From Octopus bimaculoides (Eukaryota), in NCBI RefSeq assembly GCF_001194135.2, contig NC_068984.1:29989285-30053284 (forward strand): DNA of 64,000 bases, in the 5' to 3' direction. Under the pieces are notes generated by a model. That model saw only the letters and a program-made list of their open reading frames with translations, was not told the DNA's origin and did not search any database. Positions 1-12,120 of the stretch are shown here, one piece after another (position 1 is the stretch's first letter; each line of letters begins with the position of its first letter). The translations under genes and the position numbers were made by a program.

Positions 1-1568
1 CTGTTTTTCAATAAATTTTAATAACTTATCTTTCATATGCAGTATAATAAAAAAACTTTACCCTTAGTAATATCACTTTAACCTAAGATACTAATATATA
101 TATATATATATANNNNNNNNNNTACATATATATATATATATATATATATACAAATTCATCCCCGTTTTTATTATATATTGCATAATTGAACATAACTTAA
201 TTTAATTTAATACATTATAACAGAGTCAAGTCTCTATATTAATTTCTTTATTGACTTTTACTTTCCTACCTACTAATAGTTAACCTTGGATTATTTTTTT
301 ATTTATATACATGTTTTTCATATATATTTGCCTAATTTGTTGTTTATGTTATCCGTTATTCATTAATCAACCATAACAGATGCAGAGTTCTTTTAAAGAT
401 GTTTATTGACTTGACCGGTGTATGTGTACTCATGCAATACTATTCTGGCAATCCCAACAAACACTCAGACGCACACACATAAACACAAGGATCAAAGGGT
501 TAACGTTTGATAAAAGGGTTAACTTAACAAAACACACTTCCACTGTGAAACATTTCTTAAATGTCTTTTCCTTGACACTTAAATGAAACATAATTGGGCA
601 TGAGATGGAAAGTCATAGGTTTACACCAGTGGGTTATATAGTTTAGTGTGTTATACAATCTATCAATTCAATGTGTACTTTTGTGATATGCATAGTTTCA
701 CTTCTTCACACACATTTCATGGGTAATTAAGTAGAACGTCTGCTATTTGGTTAACTATCGTTGTTTCTGATGAAAGATTACTAATGAGTTGTGAAGTTGT
801 AATTTCATGGATTCAAATGGTGTATCTGCAAAATGACAGAATTCATAAATTAGACTCATTTTCCCAAAGAAGAATAAAGTTGTTGATAATAAGCTGATCT
901 GAACACATATATTCTAGCCCAACTTCTGTTGACGAATACGAAATAATTTGCTCAAATTGTCAATTAATATGTTGTTAGAAAATGGTAAATGATATTTGTA
1001 AACAGAAGAGCATGTCATTAAATGGAAACGAGATATTTATGAAAGATATGATACCGGTTAATTACAAAAGAAATTCTCTCAATGAATGAGAAACAGATTG
1101 TGAAAGAATCAAAGAGATAAATGTGAATGTAATTTGTAATCGACATTTATCACTTCTGAAATATTCTTCGTAATTGTGTGTTGTTTAAATAAGAAGTAAA
1201 ACATTGTGCTTGTTGAATCTATGGAACATGAAGCCATAAGCTCCATGTTATTTTAATATATGCTTTAAATGATAATAATCAATACCCAGAAATTGATATG
1301 ATACGCTATGATACGTTTATGTTAATATTATCGCTACGGAAACCTGTTCCACAAAAGAAAAAAAATCCATAAAGACTAAGCTGTTCACTTAAAATGGCCA
1401 TTATTTTTAGTGAGTTTCGAGTATAAGAATAGATGGCTATGTATTCTGTTCATAATCTTATGGTTCTGCTTTCGATCCTTCTAGCAATGAGCAAGTGATA
1501 TTTGTCCACCTAGTGGATTTCAGTCGATAAATTAGGCAGAAATTATCATTGCATGAGCCCGCTAGCCT

Positions 1569-1616
<48 letters not shown>

Positions 1617-1891
1617 TGAGCTGGTTTTAGATAGCCAAGTGTATATAACATTATATAAATTAGTACGTCTCTCATCCTTTCGTTTCAAAGTTGGTTGTTA
1701 GACGATTGCAGGGAAATATAATAATCCACCAAGGGAAGGTATGTCGGAAGAAAGTAATTCAACAACCCGGGTTGATGAACCATAACACGTGTGGCCAGAA
1801 CCTCCTGGAAAATAACCATAGCGAGGGACATTTCACAGTTGAATTAGAACAGTCACAAACAGTGAAAGAAGACATGCACCCAACACCAGAG

Positions 1892-2049
1892 CTGAAGACA
1901 CCTCCGAAAGGGGGTGGCCCCGCCACGTCAAAACGGTAGAGGAGTAGGGGCCGAAACCGGACGTGGTTCCTCCTGATGATGTCTTGAGCTAACTGGATCC
2001 TATAAAGGGGCTGTTGTGGTAGCAGACCACGAAACATGGTTGAAATTCC
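1892..2049 (+). ncRNA. Two tandem hammerhead-ribozyme-like modules (CUGANGA...CGAAAC), probably a Penelope-type terminal repeat
   Basis: CTGAAGA 1892-1898 with CGAAAC 1952-1957, and CTGATGA 1973-1979 with CGAAAC 2030-2035. GAGGAG (1939-1944) can pair with TTCCTC (1967-1972) and follows a GTA triplet. 1938-2049 recurs at 22038-22148. Stems II and III are imperfect. Confidence 0.5.
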
Positions 2050-2666
2050 TTCCTTGTATTTTGAGAATCCATGCTTACGATCCAGAGTACAAATTAAATC
2101 TCAACTTGTTGATACACTTTGCTGTATGTTCAGTGAGCGTAAAGGTGAACGTTTAAAATTCATGCATAGTCTCGTGATATCAACTTTTCGTAAAATATTA
2201 GTTCACTTGTTTGTATAATCTAGTTGAATTCCAATAAGTTCTATTTATTTTCCATTAGAAGAAAGTAGTGCAACTTTTAATAACCATTCAACCAAGTTCT
2301 AAAAAGACGATCATTTCTAGAATAAATGTTTTGGTCTCGTGTAAATATAGGCTTTGTTTTCAGTATAGGTTTTCAGTATATAGGGTTTGTTTTCAGGATA
2401 GCCAGTCTGCATAACGAAATATATATACGAAATATATATATATGTGCGAGCCGCCGCGTGTGTGTGCGTGTGTATACGACTGTTGAAAAGGTTACAAGAC
2501 GCAGCGAAAGTTTTAGGGAAAATAAATAAGTGAATGAGTGGAAACGTTACCGGTGAGTGTGTTAAATACTAAGGCACTAAAAGAGAATGACTCTCCCCAG
2601 ACACAACAAAATATGCTTCAACACACCAACTCACTTAAAGAATCTTGCAGACCAAATCCAAAAACG

Positions 2667-2697
<31 letters not shown>

Positions 2698-2797
2698 NNN
2701 NNNNNNNNNNNNNNNNNNNNNNNNNNNNNNNNNNNNNNNNNNNNNNNNNNNNNNNNNNNNNNNNNNNNNNNNNNNNNNNNNNNNNNNNNNNNNNTGT

Positions 2798-2836
<39 letters not shown>

Positions 2837-2864
2837 TGCGTGTGTGTGTGTGTGTGTTTGCGTA

Positions 2865-3824
2865 CACTGAACCGCAAAAGAAACGCGAGACGTGTGTGAC
2901 TGTGAAATATGTTTTAATTTCATTGCGTCAGAGATAAATTTTGATAAATCTGATAAAGTCAATTTCTTGGATGCACTTTGACCGCAGTCTATCGGTCGTT
3001 GAAATGTGTTCTGGTAGTGGGCGGACCCGTCACATCGAGATTGTAGAGCAAAACATGTTCAATGCCGTGTATGCCCTTCCTGGGTGTTCAAACCGGCCAT
3101 ACTCTATCGATACAATAAGTACATGAGGCGGTTCACAAAAGCTATTGGCACCTGTGCCCACACCCTGAGGAAAATTGCCTCCATGTCCACACGACTTGTC
3201 GGTCTTGGGACCATCTGGTTCAATCGTCTTTGGATTTCATCCCACAGGTGTTCATTTGGGTTGAAATCGGGGCTGAGAGCTGGCCACAGCATGGTTCTGA
3301 TGTTGTGCTGTCGCAGGAAGTTCAGGGTGACCCTGGCTATGTGGTAGGGAGCATTGTCCTGCTGGAACACATGGCTGTGGTGACGCGCGAAGAAGGGTAC
3401 GACGTAGGGCCCTAGGATCTGGTCAACGTAGTACTGCGCTGTGATGCTATTCCCTTTGCTTGCACCAACATTTTGGAACATACGTGGCCCAATTCTCTGA
3501 TTCAGGCCTATAGCACCCCAAACCATGAGGCTTTGGCCATCCCACGCTTCTCTCTCCATGACACATGCGTCACTGTAGCGTTCACCCCCGCCTACGCATT
3601 TCCGTTTTCATGACAATTGCTTGCGGCTGCCACCCACGGCATTCAACGCAGCTGCATTCTGGAGTCTCTTTTCTGGGAAAGTTGAATGGTTACTTGCAGT
3701 TTTGGTCTCAACCATAAACCAACATGTCTTGGAATATTTAAACTTACATCGCCGAAATAAATTTTCAGAATTTACCATATAAAAATGACATTTGAAAAAA
3801 TCGCCTTCCTTTTGCGGATCAGTG
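2865..3824 (-). mobile_element. Tc1-family DNA transposon, internally deleted (960 bp)
   Basis: 24-bp TIRs (2865-2888 CACTGAACCGCAAAAGAAACGCGA vs reverse complement of 3801-3824, 21/24 identical), flanked by TA at 2863-2864 and 3825-3826; encloses a Tc1 transposase remnant. Confidence 0.93.
3063..3600 (-). pseudogene. Tc1-type DD34E transposase, C-terminal half, frameshifted
   Basis: ORF 3104-3559 has SLMVWGAI, FQQDNAPYH and WPALSPDFNPNEHLWD. The frameshifted flanks give RRRGERY upstream and GHTRH* downstream. The HTH region and first catalytic Asp are absent. Confidence 0.9.
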
Positions 3825-5645
3825 TATGTGTACACGTTATGTATGTGCTCCTCCAACTGAGTTCTTTGGCACAGAGGTGCAAGCAAACACTTTCCTGTAT
3901 TTTTCTAAAATATTATAATTTATATAAGTGTGCATTAGATACTTTAATTCCCTTTTGTGTAAGACCACTATTTTCAAAGGGAACATTCGTTTTCATATGC
4001 GTTTGAATTTAATACCGATATACCTTGGTAATCATATTCTGTCTCAAGGGTCTGTAAACGCTAGTTAATTTAAAGTATTATCCATTTGTTCTCCGACTGA
4101 AGAAATACAGGTAATTCGCAAGGAATATCTTAACAGAAATTTCTAAAACAACGCATCTAAATTGAGTAGGTAAAAATTCAAAAGGTTAACCAATGCTGAA
4201 TCTGACTATTTTGATTTGAAGGAACCATTTGTATACATACAGAAACTGTTGTTAGTCTCTCAAATGCATGTGCATTGTTAGTCTCAAATGCATGTGCAAA
4301 CATTATCGAGACTGCTCAAAACGTATTAATATATCCGATTAATATATCCGAATTTTTAAAGTTTGAGAGGAGAAAATGAACGATATTGAGTTTATTGTGG
4401 ATTGGAGATTTTAATCATAATTTACAACTTTAATTTGTATAATTCATGTGGAATTTTGCGAAATTGGGTAAATAAACATTTACAAGTTATATGCAAGCAA
4501 ACAGGCGGAAATTATTCAGTGGTGTGCAACACTGCAAGCTATACTATTTGATTTTCAAATCTCCTGTAGGCTGGAATATCATAATCAAGATGATAAGCAC
4601 AAAGACATGAATAAATAAGATGCGTTTAGTTAAAAATTACAAAATATAAACTAAATAGAAATCAGCATGCATAAGGAAATAATATATTTGGATTCATGAT
4701 GTTTAATATTGCAGTCTATTTCATTCTTACAATACAGAATGTCAGTTGCTGATAACTCAGTCTAATACAATTGCTTATAAGATAATTTTGAAGTAAATTA
4801 ATAAAGCTTGTCAAATAGAAACTCGTAAAAATTCAATTTTCCTCTCTATATAGTATACAGAAATGCTTGAAGGATATATGGACACGGATAATATTTCTGT
4901 GAATCTACAAAACAAAGTGCAAATTTAGAACTAATTGAAATAAGTATTCATTGTATAATCCTGTTTGTCACAAATACAACTGGTTACTGCTAATATTACC
5001 TGAAACGGTATACGTAGTAATTCTGATATTTTAGTCTTTTTAACGACTGACATAATAGATTTGTATTACTATTTTTTTTTATTACTAGGAAACAGAATAT
5101 ATTTTAAACAAATGCCATTCAAGCTTAATACGCGAAGAGAAAGGAACGAATTAACAACCAAAAATTGATTTAAATTATATTATCTATCACCAAATTGAAA
5201 GAGATCCTAACATTAGAATTCGATCATAAAACAGGTATATGTCTCCTTTCTGGTAAGCATGCATTAATCTTTGTCTAGTAATATATCGTTTGTTTCATCG
5301 AATTAAAATCTTAGGAACAGGCTTTCGGATACGGTCAAGTTGGAAAAAAATAATAATTCGAGAATGAATGATACTATGAGTTTTGTAGTACCAAGGTAGA
5401 CATTCACTAGTTTCTTCAACTTTATATGATGAAAGCTACGTAAAGTATCAGATGTCTTTTAATTAAGAAATCTTTAATCGATGTATCGTTTGTAGTAACT
5501 TTTATTACTATCGTCTTGTAACTATGGAACATATTTCGATTCATTATAAATCACAAGCAAACACGATATATAGAAAAACAGGTAGATAGATAAAGTAGTA
5601 GTGAAAGTGTGTGTGTGTGTGTGAGAGAGAGAGAGNNNNNNNNNN

Positions 5646-5700
<55 letters not shown>

Positions 5701-8700
5701 GAGAGACTAACGTTCTGCAGGATATGACCATAGAAGCAGGAACTACAAAACGAAAAAATGAAGACCCGTAACTACTATGGTTAAGAAATGCTATACACGG
5801 TGAAAAGTTAAGATACAATAAAAAGGTATATATCCTCAAAAATACAATATTTGTACTATTGTTAATGCAACTTATTTAAAAGCTATTGTTGAACCGTTCA
5901 AGACTATTTTCGACGAGAAACTTCAAAATAAAACGGACTACAGTAATGAAGCCATAGTACATAACTAGTGGGTGGGGAAATATACATCTTGCGGCTACGA
6001 ATTAAGTATCAATGCCAACAATTTGAACGCTACGGTCAGGTAATTAATATATCCGGTCAACTGCCCCGATAATTTCGCCAGCTTGTTTTCTGTATAGCTT
6101 CAGGCAATTCTTGCCTTCAAATATCACAAAGGTGAATAGCTCTGCTGTATATATGTTTACGTGCATCTGTGTGAAAGTTTCCGATAGAATGTATCAAACT
6201 ACGTCACTTGTTTGCACGAGTATGTTATTATGTATTTGCGTGCGAATATGTTGGGAAAAAAGACTTTTCAGCATTTGTTTCGGAATGTGTGTAAAGTACT
6301 AACTTTATATAAATGTAGGTGCGTTTCTATGTATCAGTGTTTGGATATGTATAAACATGTGTGTGTTGTCTAAAATGTTCGCATTCGACAACAGTGTACA
6401 AATGCATGAATATGTTCGTATGTTTGATACATATGTACATACCTACATGTATGCATGCAAGCATTCATACATACATATGCATGCATACATACATACATGC
6501 ATATATATATACATTCACACACTAATATACACGCATTCTTGTACACATACGCATACACTGGCATATGACGGGTTTCTACACCGTTTCCAAATTCACTAAC
6601 ATGGCCATGGTCGATCCGGAGCTACAGAAGTCACTGGTTTAAAGTGACACAATGCGAATCTGTTCGTGAAGCCAAATAGTTGTAATACGAGCCTCTAAAA
6701 CACACAACCAAGCTTGCGCTTCTATCTCTCTATCTCTCTCTTAAGCACACACCCCCACACACACACTACGCACACGCACACAGATCATACACAAACACAA
6801 ATATATTAGTATACTCAAAGATTTTGATATCTATGCATGTGCGCATGTACATAAATAGATGCATACTCACTTTGCTGAGTGTGTGAGTGTGCTTGTGTGT
6901 GTGTATGAGTACATATATGTGGGTATAGATAAGTATGTATTATATACACATATATACTTATATTTTACATATAAATTTATATGACACTCGCACACGCACA
7001 CATACGAATATGAAATATATTGTCTGCATATATTATATATAAGCATGTATGTGTATTCTTGCGCTTGTGTTTGCGTAATTTTTGTATACGTATGAATACG
7101 TGGAACTATGTATGCATTTCATTTCTCATCTGGTAGGAGTTAATGCGTGTTAGTGTATAACGCTAAACATGATTATAAGCGTACATCACTGTATATTTGT
7201 ACATAAACTGACCTCTGGTTGGATTACTGATGGCATTTAAATGTGATCTGTAACTCCCTTTATCTAAAATAGTATTAATCGATTTTCCAGAAAGTACATT
7301 GATCTCAGAGTCAGAATAGCTTCGGGCAAGCAGTTTACATTGATTATTGCCAGATTTCTGGCAATGAATGTTATTAGTTATAAATAATTACATTTTTCTG
7401 GCGATCGGACTGTGTTACGAATATGAAGATGAGTGAAGTGATATAGAAAAATAAGAAAAGCAAGAGAACTGCAAAGTGTTGTAGGAAAAAATAAGGCAAA
7501 GCACAGGAAAGGTAAATGAAAATGATCGCAAATATCTCGCATGTAAGAACATATGATGAAGTTGAGTAATGTTGGTGATGATGATATTAACATTAATGGT
7601 TATGATAATAAATATTTGTAGAATTATATTTATAATAGTAATCATTTATATTAGTAATCACATTTGTGATTATTTCAATAACTATTATCTTTTCAGTGGT
7701 CTTTTATTACTTTCTAAGTTGAGGAGAACAACTCAGTTGTATTCAATGTATCTATTGATTATAGATGTGTAATGCCTACTATTACTATTTCATGTGGGTT
7801 GTGCATATTTGCAAGTCCTGTTATGTCATCATTTCTCAGTTTGCTATTGTTTGTGTTTGCAATTCACAAATACAACATATCTCTATTTCTAGTTTCAATC
7901 AATGTTTGATTTCTTTACAGATACATCATATTTCATAATTATCATCTGTTGAGGCTTAAGTTTCGGTCAGGAGATCCTTCCTTTGCCAATTGCTGCTGTG
8001 ATCAATAGTCGACCTATTCCTAATCTCTTTTTGTAGCTTGATATATCCTAGTGTATGGTTTCTACTATTTAAGACGTTTTCTAGTATTCTTTATTACACG
8101 GTCAAATGTTGGTCTTACTGACGTCGATTTAGTATGCTATTCTCTACCATAGTTTTAGCTGGCATATGTGCTTTTTTAGAATTTGTGTCTCATTTTTCTC
8201 GACAACTATTTTTATCTATTATTTCAGCCTCCGGTTTTTTTCCTGAATTGAAAGCAGGAAACGGCATTACGTGTTTTGCTTATATTATATTATATTATAT
8301 TATATTATATTATATTATATCATATATATATATATATATGTATATAGATCGGANNNNNNNNNNNNNNNNNNNNNNNNNNNNNNNNNNNNNNNNNNNNNNN
8401 NNNNNNNNNNNNNNNNNNNNNNNNNNNNNNNNNNNNNNNNNNNNNNNNNNNNNNNNNNNNNNNNNNNNNNNNNNNNNNNNNNNNNNNNNNNNNNNNNNNN
8501 NNNNNNNNNNNNNNNNNNNNNNNNNNNNNNNNNNNNNNNNNNNNNNNNNNNNNNNNNNNNNNNNNNNNNNNNNNNNNNNNNNNNNNNNNNNNNNNNNNNN
8601 NNNNNNNNNNNNNNNNNNNNNNNNNNNNNNNNNNNNNNNNNNNNNNNNNNNNNTTATATTATATTATATTATATCATATATATATATATATACATATATG

Positions 8701-10159
8701 TATATATGTATATATATGTACATACACACACACACATAGAGTTATCTATTGTTTTATTACAATATATTTCTATTATCCTTTGAATATTTTATAAATATTT
8801 CCCAGTTGCATAAAACTTCTGCCTTGCAATATACCTGCTAAATAATATCAAATACAATTTTTCTTTAACCGATTCTGAATGTCGTATTCCCAAGTCATCT
8901 ATTAGTTCTTATATTTTCTAATCAATTTTGCGCATAGCTGAGACTATTATGCCTTTAACTTATTAGAACAGCTTGGTGGTGACATTACTACCTGTCAGCT
9001 TACTTTTTCTTCTGACATTTGGATTTGTTTTAGGCATTAATATTGATGGAACGCATTTATAATATTCGTTCTTAAACTTTTCTTTTAACTCTCTGTTGCA
9101 GTCTTTTTAGTTCAACGATTTCTAAATATGTCTTAGTATGTGTTTCATGTAATTATTCCACCCCCGTTTCTTACGGGTGTCTCATTAAAAAAAAATGGCT
9201 GATTGCCTTCTCATTGCATTTCCATTCAATACGAGTCGAGTTTAAAATATTTGTTAAATTGTGCCAGGAATGAAATGAAGAGTTAGATTTGTTACCTAGG
9301 CATATTTAAGTTCTAGTGGCGATAGTGTTCATTTATTTATTTCCATTTTATCGTCTATATCTAATTTACAGTTAAAGTACCTGCTCGTTATTGGTTCGAT
9401 GTTATGCGTGGCGAAAATTTGCAGTATCAACATTTGAAGAACATTATAAAGTGATTTATGGTAGTTAAAGTTTGTTATTCTAAATATGTAAGTATATTAG
9501 TGTAATAGTTTTTGGTTATGTCTTTGCCTATCGGCAATTGGTTTTTAGCACCATATGTGCATTTGTGTCATCCCATCGACTCTTCTGTAAACAGCAATTT
9601 TATTGTGTATTTAAGGCTGTGTAAATTTGTTGGAATGTACATGCTATATTTTGTATATTTTGCTCTCCATTGCGGTAGAATCCTATATCTTAGTTCATTT
9701 CTTTGCACCTTATTAATCCATCTTATGTATTTCATTTAAGATGTTGGTATCTTATGTTCTATGTTCTAAATGATTTATTTTGCAGAGTTTCCTGTTCATT
9801 ATTTCTGTTTTCAGTAAGTATTCTATCTTTGCATTTGATAAATCTTTGCATTTGATAAATCTTTGCCTTTGAGAATGTCGGGATATTTTACTTTCCAAAT
9901 TTGTTTATGTCATCTATGAATTCTAAACGAATAGAAAATTGTTTTATCTAGATTTCCATCATGTACATTGGATACCAGTTTATTAAGCTCTGGTTATGCT
10001 CTTTTTAGTACACTCTATATTTCGTACATTTTTATGCATCAAATTCTATATCTATTGAACTTGAGATGAACAATAAGTTTTTTTTTTTCATTTCCATTGA
10101 TTGTACATTAAGTGGTTGGAAGAGCCGGAATTGTTTTGATGTTGTTATGAGCCGTGGTT

Positions 10160-10290
10160 CCATAATTTATTTCGAATTATCAACTTTGCCTTTCATTCTC
10201 TCGGGAGTCGATAAAAATGGAGGGCCAGTCAAGTAGTGAACACAATGTTATCAACTAACTTTTCCCATCACCGAAATTTCGAGTCTTACA
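10160..10290 (+). mobile_element. SINE remnant (family B, central part)
   Basis: CTTTGCCTTTCATTCTCTCGGGAGTCGATAAAA resembles the core of the copies at 55434 and 61251. Confidence 0.45.
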
Positions 10291-10619
10291 CGTATAGCAA
10301 AAAGGACTATTATCCATTATTTTCCTGGGCTTTCACATCTCAGTTACTTCCTGCAGCTTAGAGTTGCAATAATTTCTTCAAAACATCTACAATTCTTTGT
10401 ATTGCTGCCAACTGTGTATTTATGAAATTTTGTATTTTCAGCTTTATATGACGAAACGTTGTTTTTTGGGAAACAGTCATAAAATGTGTGCCGATTACCA
10501 TAGGTATCGCACTCACTTCCGAGGCTCTACCACGATGAGTAGATAGTTATGAGTTAATTCATTCCGTTGACTCTCCAGCTTCAGGTTTGCAAAGATATTT
10601 TGTAGACGGTAAATTTCCA

Positions 10620-11040
10620 TTTTCAACATCCAAGTGCTGTTAATTCCCTTGTTCAGCGGATATTTCTTCCGGAAATGTAGTCCACTTGCAGTCCCTTTCG
10701 CACGGCAATTATTATTTCCTCTTGTTCAAACTTTTCAGTCTACTTCTCGATCTTAATTTTCCTGATCCAATCAGTCAGTCTTTCTTCACAGACATTCTTC
10801 TGTTCATCATGTTAATAATATTTTCCGCGGAGCTCTAGTAAACATTTTCTGTAGCTTCGATTCTCTGGTTCACTCTCAATATAATATTCAAAGAACAATT
10901 TGTTCTCTTTTGTTCATATTAATCCCCTCTGCTGTTGTGGGTCAGCAGTAGCTTAATAACGATCGGGTTTGCGCTATTGTTTCACAGGACATCTGCCGGA
11001 CGTGACACATTTGCTAAAAGCCCCAACCTCGAGGATATCG
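10620..11040 (-). mobile_element. R4/Dong-like non-LTR retrotransposon, 5' ORF fragment
   Basis: Frameshifted minus-strand translation TKENKLFFELY/ESEPENRSYRKCLLEL...NVCEERLTDWIRKIK...EQEEI resembles the R4/Dong N-terminal motif (YxxSxP...YRKRM...EQRLxDQxRxI). Confidence 0.55.
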
Positions 11041-11189
11041 TAAGGTATACATTTCATTTTAGAAATTTTTCTCATGAATGAAGTGTTTGCTTTAAGGCTA
11101 CTAGCAGCTGATGGTATGTATCATGCCACCATCATAGAGAGTTGTTGTTGTTATTATTATTATTATCATTGTTGCTATTATTATTATTA

Positions 11190-12083
11190 TTTTCTTTGCA
11201 CAGCTTCTAAAGCTGGAGATGTACTACGGTGTCACCTGTTCATTACCAGTGAACTAAGGTAACACCTCTTATTTTTCGAGCATCTTCCGGAGTATTCGAG
11301 CGGTGCCAAGCAGTACTGTTTACTGTAAGTGGTCCACCCTTATTGCAGCTCCTATTTGTTCCATGTACTTCTCAGGATTTTTACTCACTGTTCCCAGGGC
11401 TCCGATAATTATTGTTACCACTACCACCTTTTCATCGACCGCAACTGCTTAACCTCCCAAGCTAGCCTGTTATATCTATCGACTTTTCTTTCTTCCTTAT
11501 CACATACCTTGTTGTCAGCTGGACATGCTATATCTATGATCCAGCATAGTTTGCTTTCTTTCTCAATTAAGACTGTGTCTGGCTTCCTATTTTCTAACTC
11601 ATGGTCGCACTGAATCATAAAATCCCACAGGATCTTTGCATTGCCATTTTCGATTATGTCTTCGGGTTCGTGGTCGTACCAATTTTTTGCTCTTGTCAAG
11701 ACCATACTTGTTGCAAAGCGTTCAATGTACAAGCCTTGCTATATTGTCGTGGCGTCTCTTATATTCCTTCTGAGCTAGTGGCGTACATTGGCTGGTAATA
11801 TGCCATACGGTTTCATCATTTTGTCCACAGATTCTGCCACTATTTCCGATTTTAAATCACTTTTAGTCATCCACAGCCATCTTTTCTCTCCGTCCTTCTT
11901 ATCTTCAGCATCTCTACGACATTTTCCATGCATTCTTTTCTTTACCCACCTATTTTCAGTTTCATTCGTTCTCAATTGCTTGTACAGTACTTTATCTTTG
12001 CAATCATTCATCCTACACATGCCTAAACTACAAATAATAGCAGTTCTGTGGCATTTTTGGATACCATGCTGTGTTGTTTTTTT
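11190..12083 (-). mobile_element. R4/Dong-like retrotransposon, 5'-truncated copy (RLE endonuclease, 3' UTR, TAA/CAA tail)
   Basis: ILWDFMIQCDHELENRKPDTVLIEKESKLCWIIDIACP...KVDRY is a PD-(D/E)xK RLE signature. The 3' end runs into (TAA)/(CAA) repeats at about 11143-11190. Confidence 0.9.
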
Positions 12084-12120
12084 CTGCAATTATTATAATT
12101 ATTATCATTGCTATTATTAT

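Noticed and set aside
61-522. Possible piggyBac-type MITE (TTTA-CCCTT ... AAGGG-TTAA, right end seen twice)
   Set aside because: TIR match is only about 5 bp and the left TSD is imperfect.
4254-4351. Short tandem duplications (about 25 bp and 13 bp; also 9823-9860 and 41792-41817)
   Set aside because: Ordinary slippage duplications, not a spaced array; nothing CRISPR-like in this eukaryotic window.
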